A stretch of DNA of 59,009 bases, counting the filler, from an uncultured bacterium (lineage in GTDB: Bacteria > Hinthialibacterota > Hinthialibacteria > Hinthialibacterales > Hinthialibacteraceae), in the NCBI GenBank assembly GCA_964449065.1. It is 5 parts of 5 records of this genome, joined end to end, with 100 filler letters (N's around TTAATTAATTAA, not from the genome) between each part and the next. Parts side by side here need not be neighbours in the genome. Positions count along the whole stretch, not along the records: positions 47,526 to 59,009 come from CAYVAZ010000157.1; 4 more parts are not named here. One strand, given 5' to 3'. The translations under genes were made by a program, and so were the position numbers. The notes under the pieces were generated by a model. It saw nothing but the letters and a program-made list of their open reading frames with translations, had not been told where the DNA came from and ran no database searches. Of the stretch, positions 47,426 to 55,880 are shown in pieces. Each line of letters begins with the position of its first letter. Position 1 is the stretch's first letter.

Positions 47426-47525
47426 NNNNNNNNNNNNNNNNNNNNNNNNNNNNNNNNNNNNNNNNNNNNTTAATTAATTAANNNNNNNNNNNNNNNNNNN
47501 NNNNNNNNNNNNNNNNNNNNNNNNN
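47426..47525. other. Artificial contig linker
   Basis: N44-TTAATTAATTAA-N44. Confidence 0.98.
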
Positions 47526-47530
47526 TTTAA

Positions 47531-47567
47531 CCCCCACCTAGCCTCCCCCATTGCATTGGGGGAGGAA
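47531..47567. repeat. CCCC/GGGG hairpin-type repeat at contig start
   Basis: CCCCCACCTAG followed by CCTCCCCCA-TTGCAT-TGGGGGAGG inverted repeat. Confidence 0.65.
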
Positions 47568-47782
47568 TGAGAAAATCTATCAGAAAAAGAAAGTGAATCT
47601 ATGTATAAAGATAAGACGTTGATGGGTGCCTCTTTTAATTCTTCATAAATCAAGTCTGAGGTTATGAGTTGATAATATCCATTCTTAACTTGGTCAAAGA
47701 AACTCTTACCCGCATAAGAAAATTCTTCGTCAAATACTCCACCATAAACAGAACTATCAGCATAGATTCGTATTTTGTTCAT
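47568..47782 (-). pseudogene. Truncated PIN-domain gene directly after lexA
   Basis: RIYADSSVYGGVFDEEF..SDLIYEELKEAP matches a PIN N-terminus; after ~68 aa it runs into the hairpin repeat. Confidence 0.7.
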
Positions 47783-47784
47783 TT

Positions 47785-48450
47785 TCACATCGACCGGATC
47801 AATCCAACCACCACACCGAGTATCCCCACGCTTTGGCCATATTCTTCACCACCCAAGTTGGGGACGCGGATGGGCTCGTACGCCGGGTTTTCCGGCATGA
47901 GAAAAATTTCATTGTTGGCACGGCGAAAGCGTTTGACGGTGGCTTCATCCTCAACCCGCGCCACGACAATCTGGCCGTCCATGGCATTATCCTGCGGTTT
48001 AACAATAACAATATCGCCGTCATGAATGCCCGCCTGGCTCATGCTGTTGCCGGATACTTTGAGGCCGAATAAATCGGGTGAGTCGTCATAACTGCCGAAA
48101 TAGCTCGGATCGACCCCGACGGTGTCTTCCTGCATTTCGGGAGCCGCCAAACTCAACGGCCCCGCCGGAACGCTGCCCAAAATCGGCATTTTATATTGAT
48201 ATGAATTGCGGTTGAGCGGCATGGCACCGGGAACATCGCGGTTGGTGCGCTTAATCCCTCTTGAGCGGTAGGGCTCAATTTCAATATACCCCAACTCTTT
48301 CAGCCGTTGCAGATGATAGCGGGACCCGTTGGTCGAGGTGATTTGAAACTTCTTTCCGATCTCACGCAATGTAGGCGGATACCCGTTTTTTTGGGAATAC
48401 TCATCAAAGTAATCCAATATTTCTTTTTGGCGTTTCGATATTTTTTTCAT
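47785..48450 (-). CDS. lexA: LexA repressor
   Basis: GYPPTLREIG wHTH, VPAG cleavage site, GNSM catalytic Ser, EATVKR catalytic Lys, LMPEN. Confidence 0.96.
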   Translation of the reverse strand: MKKISKRQKEILDYFDEYSQKNGYPPTLREIGKKFQITSTNGSRYHLQRLKELGYIEIEPYRSRGIKRTNRDVPGAMPLNRNSYQYKMPILGSVPAGPLSLAAPEMQEDTVGVDPSYFGSYDDSPDLFGLKVSGNSMSQAGIHDGDIVIVKPQDNAMDGQIVVARVEDEATVKRFRRANNEIFLMPENPAYEPIRVPNLGGEEYGQSVGILGVVVGLIRSM

Positions 48451-48473
48451 TGATTCACCTTAAAATTACACGA

Positions 48474-48516
48474 GTGTTCATTGAACACATCATAACGAAC
48501 ATTTGTTCAGTGTCAA
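48474..48516 (-). promoter_or_regulatory. lexA promoter with candidate SOS operator(s)
   Basis: TTGACA (48516-48511), 16 bp, TATGAT (48494-48489); GAAC-ATTT-GTTC at 48497-48508 in the spacer; palindrome GTGTTCATTGAACAC at 48474-48488. Confidence 0.75.
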
Positions 48517-48574
48517 GAAGTTTTTTACGGTTTCAACAAGTTATTCACAGGGTTTTTAACAAGTTACGATACAG

Positions 48575-49375
48575 TTAATTCCCTCGCCATTCAAAGCAAT
48601 TGAGAATCATTTGGCAATATGGTTGATTGAAATCTTCCACAATCTGGCCGGGCTGTAGATAAAATAACATCCCTTTGCCTTTGGGTTTGTACCATCCCGA
48701 CCGGTCCTGCATCCATACCGCTCCCGTTTTGGGATCCTCATATTTAAATCCAAGCAAAACGGTCTTTTCGCGCCCGTCGGTGAACTGATGGTTCAAAAAG
48801 ATTTCGGTATTGCTATAGCGGATGCTGGGGTATTTCTTCATCACGCTGGGGGCATCGGATGGGCGGTATTCCGTTGTATGCGGAAAGGTGACCTTGTGTG
48901 ATGTGATGTAGTGTTCCGGATTTAAATTGACCAGGTCAAAATCAATATTGTTAATCCAAACATACCGTGTTTCCGAGTCTTCCGCCCGGTCCAGTTCCAT
49001 GCCGAGAAAATCATACCATCCTTTGGTTTGCTTCTTTTTGGATGACACCCCGTGATGAAGCACAAGAAGTTTTCCGCCGTTGAGGGTGTAATCCATCAGC
49101 TTTCGCGCCGGTTCATCGTACAGCATACCGTGCACGAATTGGATGACGCCTTCAAAATCAGCAAGCGGTTGCGGCATCTGATCCTGTTCGGTTTTGTGTA
49201 CGCTATAATCCCCGTTTTGTTCAATATATTCAGCTAACACGTTCATTTGCGGCCACTCATCCGCCACAATTAAAATCTCTTTGCTGAAAGCCGTGGCTGA
49301 AATGCAAAAACAAAGGAAACCAAGTATACGGATAAAAATACGCATCGTGTAAAAACGGATCATCTTGTCCTCCAA
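48575..49375 (-). CDS. Exported hypothetical protein, ThuA/class I GATase-like fold
   Basis: Signal peptide; GGKLLVLHHG, VNLNPEHYIT and GKGMLFYLQPG motifs. Confidence 0.7.
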   Translation of the reverse strand: MEDKMIRFYTMRIFIRILGFLCFCISATAFSKEILIVADEWPQMNVLAEYIEQNGDYSVHKTEQDQMPQPLADFEGVIQFVHGMLYDEPARKLMDYTLNGGKLLVLHHGVSSKKKQTKGWYDFLGMELDRAEDSETRYVWINNIDFDLVNLNPEHYITSHKVTFPHTTEYRPSDAPSVMKKYPSIRYSNTEIFLNHQFTDGREKTVLLGFKYEDPKTGAVWMQDRSGWYKPKGKGMLFYLQPGQIVEDFNQPYCQMILNCFEWRGN

Positions 49376-49516
49376 ACTAAAAAAATCGGTGTTTCATTTT
49401 TGTTGAGTCCGCACCAAAGCATTAAAACAATCCAAACGGAACGCTCAAACAATCCTAACCAAAATGAGGTAAATATTGTAATGTCTATTACACTCAGTAT
49501 CATAAAGGATGTGACG

Positions 49517-50092
49517 ATGAACCAAAAGGCGTTTACGCTCATTGAGTTACTCATTGTTGTAGCGATTATCGGGATTTTGGCGGCGATTGCGGTCCCCAAT
49601 TTTTTGAACGCGCAAATCAAGGCCAGAATCGCGCGGGTGGAAGCCGACCACAAAGCCATCACAACCGCAATGGAAGCGTATATGATCGATCATAATTCAT
49701 ACCCGATTGAATCACACAGTGCAAACGCGAATTGGGGGTTCCGCTTATTAACAACCCCGGTCGCCTATGTGAATTCCATTTTAAAAGACCCATTTTTAGA
49801 CAAATATGAACTCACAAGAGAAAACGACTTTGACTTGGTTTATGAATTTGATACGGTTGCCCGCAGCGGCAAAAATTTGAACATGTATGTGGTGGAAAGT
49901 TTAGGGCCGGATGGGTTTGACGACTTCAATTCCACAACCTATCCCAGCCACAACGCGGATTTTGAATTTTTTGATGCATCCAACGGCATAACCAGCAAAG
50001 GCGATATCCTGCGGGCCGGCGGCATATATATCCCGCGCTGGTTCCAAGAACGGAAAGGCGGTCCGAAAACCACGGGTCCAGATTGGATATGA
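49517..50092 (+). CDS. Prepilin-type N-terminal cleavage/methylation domain protein
   Basis: AFTLIELLIVVAIIGILAAIAVPNFLNAQ; LTTPVAY..DPF; SLGPD; FDASNGITSKGDI; AAGGA RBS. Confidence 0.92.
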   Translation: MNQKAFTLIELLIVVAIIGILAAIAVPNFLNAQIKARIARVEADHKAITTAMEAYMIDHNSYPIESHSANANWGFRLLTTPVAYVNSILKDPFLDKYELTRENDFDLVYEFDTVARSGKNLNMYVVESLGPDGFDDFNSTTYPSHNADFEFFDASNGITSKGDILRAGGIYIPRWFQERKGGPKTTGPDWI

Positions 50093-50168
50093 CCCAGATT
50101 GTGCAGTAGCCAGCGTGATTCTCTTAAGAAGCAAAAGAATCAAGGGTTGCACAAGGGGAAGGCGTGAC

Positions 50169-50345
50169 CCATGTCAATGACTTTATATTATTGACTTAAG
50201 AAGTTAAATCTAAAAACGCAATATTCTCTTCCCCAAACTTGGGGAGAATATATTGCGTTTTTATGTTTGATCGCTTATATCAATGGCATTAGGATAAGGG
50301 GATCAAGACTATCTCTTACTATCTACTCAAACCCGAATCGCTCTA
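50169..50345. mobile_element. Palindromic variant of MITE family B (50169-50291) followed by a family C right end
   Basis: CCATGTCAATGAC...AAAAACGCAATATTCTCTTCCCCAAACTTGGGGAGAATATATTGCGTTTT...TCAATGGCATTA, then CTACTCAAACCCGAATCGCTCTA. Confidence 0.7.
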
Positions 50346-50354
50346 AATTAAAAA

Positions 50355-50370
50355 TGGCATCAAGATTGCA
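50355..50370 (+). promoter_or_regulatory. Putative sigma54 (-24/-12) promoter upstream of fliD
   Basis: TGGCATCAAGATTGCA matches TGGCAC-N5-TTGCW. Confidence 0.6.
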
Positions 50371-50552
50371 CTGATATAGAACATCAAGGTTATCTAAATT
50401 CATAACCTGCTGTTTAATTTATAGTTATGTATATTCAGCCGGAACTTTTTGCACTATGAGAATATGTTTGAGGAACTTTTTGCAAAACCGTTCCTCGTTG
50501 AAACATGCGTTTTTTGTAAACAATCATGGCGATTCAATCACAAAAATAATTC

Positions 50553-50579
50553 TCAATAATTATTTTAGAATGCCGATAA
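50553..50579 (+). promoter_or_regulatory. Sigma28 (FliA) promoter of fliD
   Basis: TCAA-N15-GCCGATAA. Confidence 0.8.
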
Positions 50580-50647
50580 TGGATTAGGAACATCTAATTC
50601 CCGAAACGGATTTCGGTACCGGCGCCTAGCCTGGAGGTCATAACAGT

Positions 50648-52993
50648 ATGTCGAATTTTGCGATTGAAGGGTTGATATCCGGATTCGATACCACAGCAAT
50701 CATCAATGCGATGCTGGATATTCAAGTCCGTGGACCGATCGATGATTTTGAACGGCGCATCGAAGAAGAAACCGAGAAGTTTTCGGCCTTTCAAGAAATC
50801 AACGCCGCCGCTCTAAGCCTGGATATTGCCGCCCAATCGTTGGGCACCGCCAGCTTATTCAGCAGCAAAGACGCCACCAGCTCGGATGAAAGTATCGTGA
50901 CCGCTTCCGCTAGCAATTCCGCCGCTCTCGGGTCCTTCACGGTGGGCGTTAACAATTTAGCCACTTCCGAACAAATCTCTTCGAAATTTTTTGTCGACTC
51001 CGGCAGCGATTTAGGCCTCGCGGGCGAATTTATTCTCAATGGAAAAACCGTATCCATAGAATCCGGCGATACGCTGACAACTGTCGCGACTAAAATCAAT
51101 GCCAGCAATGCAGGGGCCAACGCCACGGTTGTGCAAACCGGTACCAACCAAAATAAGTTGGTTATTTCTGCCAGTGATACAGGCGCCAACCAGCTGGAAT
51201 TGCGCGAAGTCGGCAGCGATTTGATATTAAACAATTTGGGATTAACGAATTCAACACAAAATACGTTTGACTTTACCGTGAACTCATCTGTCGATGGCCC
51301 GGTCAGTGCCGGGTTTACCCCCAGCGCGATAATCGGGACAAACGGGGAGTCGTTCAGCATTACCGATGCCAGCGGGCAAACCACGCTGGATGTTACCTTA
51401 TCAAACAATCCCACAGCCACTCTCAATGATATCGCGAGTGAAATCAACACACAGGCGGCAGCACAAAACTCGTTGATTTCCGCCTCCGTCATCATTGACA
51501 GCGGGGGAGACGAGCGCCTGTTATTGTCGAGCGATACCGGCATCCCTACCCAGTTTTCCGACCCGGATAACTTTCTATCCGGCACATTGGGAGTATTAAG
51601 CGGCATTCAAAGTGAAGAATTCAATTCCACCAGCAAACCCATCAGCGAACTGCTCAATATTACGAGTCCGGGAAGTTCTACAGTCGAATTCACCGATGCC
51701 GATTCTTCCGACACGATTACCGTCAACATCGATTTAAGTACGGATTCTTTGCAAGACATTGCGGATAACATTAACGCGGAAGCCGCGGCATCGCCGGGTT
51801 CGGATATTGCCGCGCAAGTGATTACGGTAGACGGCGTCTCCCGGCTCGAAATCAGCAGCGCGACAGGACGGCCTCAATTCACCAATGATCCCAACAATAT
51901 ATTGAATACATTGGGAATTGTGGACAACCAATTCACCAACCTCGATCAACGCGGTGAAAACGCGCAAATCACGTTTAACGGCGTGAAAGTAAACCGGGAT
52001 AAAAACTTGATCGATGATGTGGTCGAAGGGGTTTCGTTTGCATTGGTCAATGAAAGCTCGTCGTTAGCCACTATCAATATAAACCAAGATACATCCAATG
52101 TTGATGAAGCGGTTAACAGCTTTGTAACCGCGTTTAACGATTTAAACACCTTGCTGGAAGACAAAACCTTTTTCGATCAACAAACCGGCGATAAGGGTGT
52201 GCTCTTCGGCGACTCTACCGTACGGCAATTAGAAAACGCCCTGTCCGGTGTGCTGGCCAATGCGGTGTCCGATCTGCCGAATAAAAGCTTGTCGGAACTC
52301 AACAACGGCGACGGTGTCAGTTTGGGAAAAATCAAAATCACCGACCGTGCCGGCAATAGCAGCGAAATTGATTTATTAGGCGCGGAAACCGTTCAAGATG
52401 TACTGGATGCCATCAATACCAACCAGGATATTCAAGTCAAAGCGGTTATCAGCAGTTCCGGAAGAGGCATCAACTTGCTGGATGAATCCGATGGGGCCGG
52501 TAAATTTATCGTGGAAGAGGTAAACGGCGGCTCCACCGCGGATGACTTAGGCCTGTTGCGCCAAATCTCCAGCGATCAAATTTCCGGGGGCGCGATCGGC
52601 GATGGCGGATTCAGCACCGTGAGTGAAATCGGGCTCTCGTTAAACGCGGCCGGCGGCTTGGATTTCGATTCGAGCAAACTCTCCTCCCTGCTGAACTCCA
52701 ATCCGGATCAAGTTGAAAATTTATTGCAGGCAAACAAAATCGGGTTTGTCGATAAATTTAACTCCACTCTCAAAACCTTTACGGATTTCGGCACCGGTTT
52801 GCTGGATGCGTCCACACAAGCCATCACCGACCGGATTGAGCAATTTACCGAACAAATCGAACGGTTTGAACAACGCTCCGCCACATTGGAACGGACATTA
52901 CGCCGGCGCTTTACCGCGGTCGAAGTGAGTTTGGCTCAATCACAGCAAGTGGGCGATTTTATCGCCCAACGTTTGGCACCGCAAAACGGATAA
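50648..52993 (+). CDS. fliD: Flagellar filament cap protein FliD (long, 781 aa)
   Basis: GLISGFDTTAII N-terminus, V-NLA..Q, N..DDVVEGVSF, FVTAFN, GVLFGDSTVR and C-terminal coiled coil; next to fliS. Confidence 0.92.
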   Translation: MSNFAIEGLISGFDTTAIINAMLDIQVRGPIDDFERRIEEETEKFSAFQEINAAALSLDIAAQSLGTASLFSSKDATSSDESIVTASASNSAALGSFTVGVNNLATSEQISSKFFVDSGSDLGLAGEFILNGKTVSIESGDTLTTVATKINASNAGANATVVQTGTNQNKLVISASDTGANQLELREVGSDLILNNLGLTNSTQNTFDFTVNSSVDGPVSAGFTPSAIIGTNGESFSITDASGQTTLDVTLSNNPTATLNDIASEINTQAAAQNSLISASVIIDSGGDERLLLSSDTGIPTQFSDPDNFLSGTLGVLSGIQSEEFNSTSKPISELLNITSPGSSTVEFTDADSSDTITVNIDLSTDSLQDIADNINAEAAASPGSDIAAQVITVDGVSRLEISSATGRPQFTNDPNNILNTLGIVDNQFTNLDQRGENAQITFNGVKVNRDKNLIDDVVEGVSFALVNESSSLATININQDTSNVDEAVNSFVTAFNDLNTLLEDKTFFDQQTGDKGVLFGDSTVRQLENALSGVLANAVSDLPNKSLSELNNGDGVSLGKIKITDRAGNSSEIDLLGAETVQDVLDAINTNQDIQVKAVISSSGRGINLLDESDGAGKFIVEEVNGGSTADDLGLLRQISSDQISGGAIGDGGFSTVSEIGLSLNAAGGLDFDSSKLSSLLNSNPDQVENLLQANKIGFVDKFNSTLKTFTDFGTGLLDASTQAITDRIEQFTEQIERFEQRSATLERTLRRRFTAVEVSLAQSQQVGDFIAQRLAPQNG

Positions 52994-53045
52994 AATTTCG
53001 GATTGATCGTGATGGCATTCGGCATTACTATCTGGTATAAATATA

Positions 53046-53072
53046 TAAAGTTTTTAGAGATTTGCCCGAAAA
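53046..53072 (+). promoter_or_regulatory. Possible sigma28 promoter of fliS
   Basis: TAAA-N15-CCCGAAAA (6/8 match to the -10 consensus). Confidence 0.45.
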
Positions 53073-53120
53073 TTCAAGACGATATTTTATGTAAAACGGG
53101 CAGACGTTTGGAGATGATTT

Positions 53121-53702
53121 GTGGCGAATCTGAATGATCCGCATATTAAGTATCTGAAAACCCGGATAGACACCGCCAGCCAGCCGCAATTGCTTGTGAT
53201 GCTGTTCGACGGTGCCGTGAATAAATTGGGGCTCGCCAAAAAAGCGCTTCTCGATAAAGACATCGAAGCCTCTCACGAACACCTCACCAAAGTCCAAAAA
53301 ATCTTTACGGAACTGATGGTTGCTCTCGATATGGAAAAAGGGGGCGAACTGGCCACCGAATTGTTCCGTATTTATGACTTTATCTACCATCATCTCGTGC
53401 AGGCAAATATCAAGCAAGATCCTTCTTTTGTAGATGAGGTTGCCCCGATTGTAGAGAATCTTCGCAATGCGTGGCGGCAAGCCGTTGAAATGTATGAAAA
53501 CGGAGAAAGCGGCACGATAGAAATGCCCAAACCGGCCGGGCTGCCAAATTTACCGAAAGCCAATGCGCCTGCTCAGGCGAAACCCGCTCTGGCGAAACAA
53601 CAACCCACCGCAAGATATCCCGCGTCACCCATGGCGTCTTCTTCTTCTTCCAATTCCACCCCCCAGCCGCAGCAGCGGCCACGCTTAAACATTCGCGGAT
53701 AA
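53121..53702 (+). CDS. fliS: Flagellar export chaperone FliS with low-complexity C-terminal tail
   Basis: Y..IDTASQPQLLVMLFDGA, ALDMEKGGELA and LRNAW motifs. Confidence 0.93.
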   Translation: MANLNDPHIKYLKTRIDTASQPQLLVMLFDGAVNKLGLAKKALLDKDIEASHEHLTKVQKIFTELMVALDMEKGGELATELFRIYDFIYHHLVQANIKQDPSFVDEVAPIVENLRNAWRQAVEMYENGESGTIEMPKPAGLPNLPKANAPAQAKPALAKQQPTARYPASPMASSSSSNSTPQPQQRPRLNIRG

Positions 53703-53743
53703 GTTAGTTCACGCTCCGAATTTTGATTTTCGTTTCTACTTTT

Positions 53744-53916
53744 GGCGGGGTGGCAAGGGCAAGGCTGTTCGTCTGCCCTTGCTGTTCAGGTGAATCGCCC
53801 GCTCACATCCAGCCATCTTCCCAAAAATCCAACCAGCGGTCTACTCGAACAACCCGGGGGCGGCAAGTCGTTCTCTCTCTTCATCAAAGGCAGACTTCGC
53901 TTGCCTTTGCCACCCG
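53744..53916. repeat. Inverted REP doublet (REPIN-like), GTGG-foot family
   Basis: GGGTGGCAAGGGCAAGGCTGTTCGTCTGCCCTTG (53744-53781) and inverted copy CAAAGGCAGACTTCGCTTGCCTTTGCCACCCG (53885-53916). Confidence 0.8.
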
Positions 53917-54680
53917 TCCATACAAACGGGAACAACAGAACATGAAACAGAAACTCTTTGTCCGCAAAGTTTTCCGTAAAGAGGCTTTGCTGCGTTCAGG
54001 GGAATTCCTTGGATAGCATATCAAAGCCCACTAAAGATAGTTGTGCATGGTAGTAAGGGTCTGTGCCGATTACATATGGCGAGGAAAATTGAATGATTAT
54101 ATATAAAGTGAGTACAATGAATAATATGATTGCATGTAATCGAGCCATGAAAATGTACCAATTCATAGATGAGTTAGTTTTGAACATGATTTTGTTTAAA
54201 ATAAATAATGGCTGATAGGGAAAGAATAGTAGAGATAAATAATCCAATCATAATAGACATTCTTATATAGAAATATTGAATAATATTTCCATCCTGATAT
54301 GAATAAAGCGCAAAGATGCATAGCAGTAAAATGATCCCTATAACAGAATGATTTATATAGTCAATTATTCTTGTTTTATTGTGCTGTAACAATCTTGTCA
54401 TGATAAGGGACAAAGAAATAATATACACAAGAGTAATAGCCAAGAAAAGAGTATTTGCTATGGACGTATATAAAAAGTAAAAGGATAATAATATAGTAAT
54501 ATCGGTCAAATAATATCGGGGGGAGTAAAAAAAGCATTGCAATAGACAAAAAATAATAATGAAAATTACAAAAGGATACACATCTATATTATTTATATAA
54601 ATAGCGTAAAACGTTGCGCTAAAAAGAATTAGCACTGCCAATAGGAAAAATGTGAATGAGGTATTTCTGTTATGATTCAT
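53917..54680 (-). pseudogene. AT-rich membrane protein pseudogene (GT-C-like DPYYH motif) with frameshift, nonsense codon and 3' truncation
   Basis: Overlapping ORFs 54174-54680 and 53996-54247; past TGA 53998-53996 the frame continues TQQSLFTENFADKEFLFHVLLFPF into the REP. Confidence 0.65.
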
Positions 54681-54713
54681 AGATAATAATCTAACTTACG
54701 TTTTTTTTTATAT

Positions 54714-54750
54714 GGCGGGTGGCAAGGGCAAGGCTGTTCGTCTGCCCTTG
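54714..54750 (+). repeat. REP copy, GTGG-foot family
   Basis: GGCGGGTGGCAAGGGCAAGGCTGTTCGTCTGCCCTTG. Confidence 0.85.
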
Positions 54751-54924
54751 ACGTAGTAAACATAGGCTACGCCGCGTCTTTCTGACCCACCGTGATCATT
54801 TTAGATTAAACAGAATATGTAACCCGTCCCGCTGTCGCAATTGGCGGGTTGGCACGGCGCACCCCACCCGGTGGTTTGGGTTTATTTGTGGGTCTTGCTC
54901 AAGACTGGTTACCAGTAAATCGAC

Positions 54925-55212
54925 TTATGCGGCTTCAATACGCTTCAAATTGCCAATATCAATAGATTGTTTTGTTTTCCAAAGATCGTATTGAAGCTGA
55001 AGTTTGAGCCAGCCTTCGGGTGACCTGCCAAAGACTTTTGACAACCGCAACGCCATTTCTGGGCTAATCCCCGATTTTCCATTTACCAGCGACGAAAATG
55101 TCTTTCTCGTAACGCCAAGTGCTCCAGCCGCTTCCGTGACAGTGATATGAAGCGGTTCTACACATACTTCTCTTATAATTTCGCCTGGATGAGGCGGATT
55201 ATACATAGCCAT
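54925..55212 (-). CDS. higA: HigA antitoxin (Xre HTH)
   Basis: [29 protein letters not shown] and WLKLQ motifs. Confidence 0.95.
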   Translation of the reverse strand: MAMYNPPHPGEIIREVCVEPLHITVTEAAGALGVTRKTFSSLVNGKSGISPEMALRLSKVFGRSPEGWLKLQLQYDLWKTKQSIDIGNLKRIEAA

Positions 55213-55232
55213 TTTGCCACCTGTTTAACTAT

Positions 55233-55511
55233 CTAATGATAATCCTCAAAGTTTACATCAAAAGCATCACCGTGTTGAATCTTAAATGTAATACGCCAGT
55301 TTCCGCTGACTTTAACCGCCCAGGTTCCTTTACGGTTCCCTTTAAGCGGGTGAAGACCAAGACCTGACAAATTCATATCCTCAAGAGTTTCAGCTGTTTC
55401 AAGAAGAGCAAGAATTTTTCTAATCCGGTCTGCATGTTGCGAATCAACACTACTTGAGGCACCTGATTCAAACAAACGTTTTATCCCTTTATGTTTGAAG
55501 GTTTTAATCAT
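55233..55511 (-). CDS. higB: HigB toxin (RelE superfamily, plasmid-killer type)
   Basis: MIKTFKHKG, LHPLKG..WAVKVSGNWRITF and C-terminal EDYH motifs. Confidence 0.95.
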   Translation of the reverse strand: MIKTFKHKGIKRLFESGASSSVDSQHADRIRKILALLETAETLEDMNLSGLGLHPLKGNRKGTWAVKVSGNWRITFKIQHGDAFDVNFEDYH

Positions 55512-55519
55512 GTAAATGC

Positions 55520-55548
55520 ATTGTAACATGAAACGTAACAGGTGTCAA
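55520..55548 (-). promoter_or_regulatory. higBA promoter, probably yielding a leaderless mRNA
   Basis: TTGACA (55548-55543), 17 bp, TACAAT (55525-55520), 8 nt before ATG 55511; no SD sequence. Confidence 0.7.
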
Positions 55549-55624
55549 TTAAAACTCAAATGATTAAAACCCAAATGATGCGCCAGCGAATACCCGTGTC
55601 CATGTAACACGACTGGCATTCTGT

Positions 55625-55674
55625 GTGGCAAGCGCAGGCGGGGTGGCAAGGGCAAGGCTGTTCGTCTGCGCTTG
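55625..55674 (+). repeat. REP copy, GTGG-foot family, with partly duplicated 5' arm
   Basis: GTGGCAAGCGCA-GGCGGGGTGGCAAGGGCAAGGCTGTTCGTCTGCGCTTG. Confidence 0.8.
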
Positions 55675-55691
55675 TGAAGTTCCCCCAACGT

Positions 55692-55833
55692 CAATGCCAT
55701 TCTTAATAAAATTCCGGGCGATTTGTGTGATGAATTAGGTAATTGCGTTCTTCACAACCCCCTCTGTGTCTCCCCCAACTTGGGGGAGAAGATATTGCGT
55801 ATTCAAGTTTGATTGCTTAAATCAATGACATTG
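55692..55833. mobile_element. MITE family B (142 bp) with a perfect 10-bp target-site duplication
   Basis: TIR CAATGCCATT / AATGACATTG; CCCCCAACGT at 55682-55691 and 55834-55843; body highly similar to 16835-16979. Confidence 0.88.
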
Positions 55834-55880
55834 CCCCCAACGTGGGGAAAACAGATTATTCGTTTCGATGCGCGCATGAT

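Noticed and set aside
11944..47525. TTAATTAATTAA flanked by Ns recurring every ~11.7 kb
   Set aside because: Artificial all-frame-stop linker joining size-sorted contigs; ORFs and gene neighbourhoods across it are not real
53744..55674. CRISPR array or integron attC array
   Set aside because: Repeats are ~900 bp apart rather than 30-40 bp, lack attC core ends, and no cas or intI gene is present
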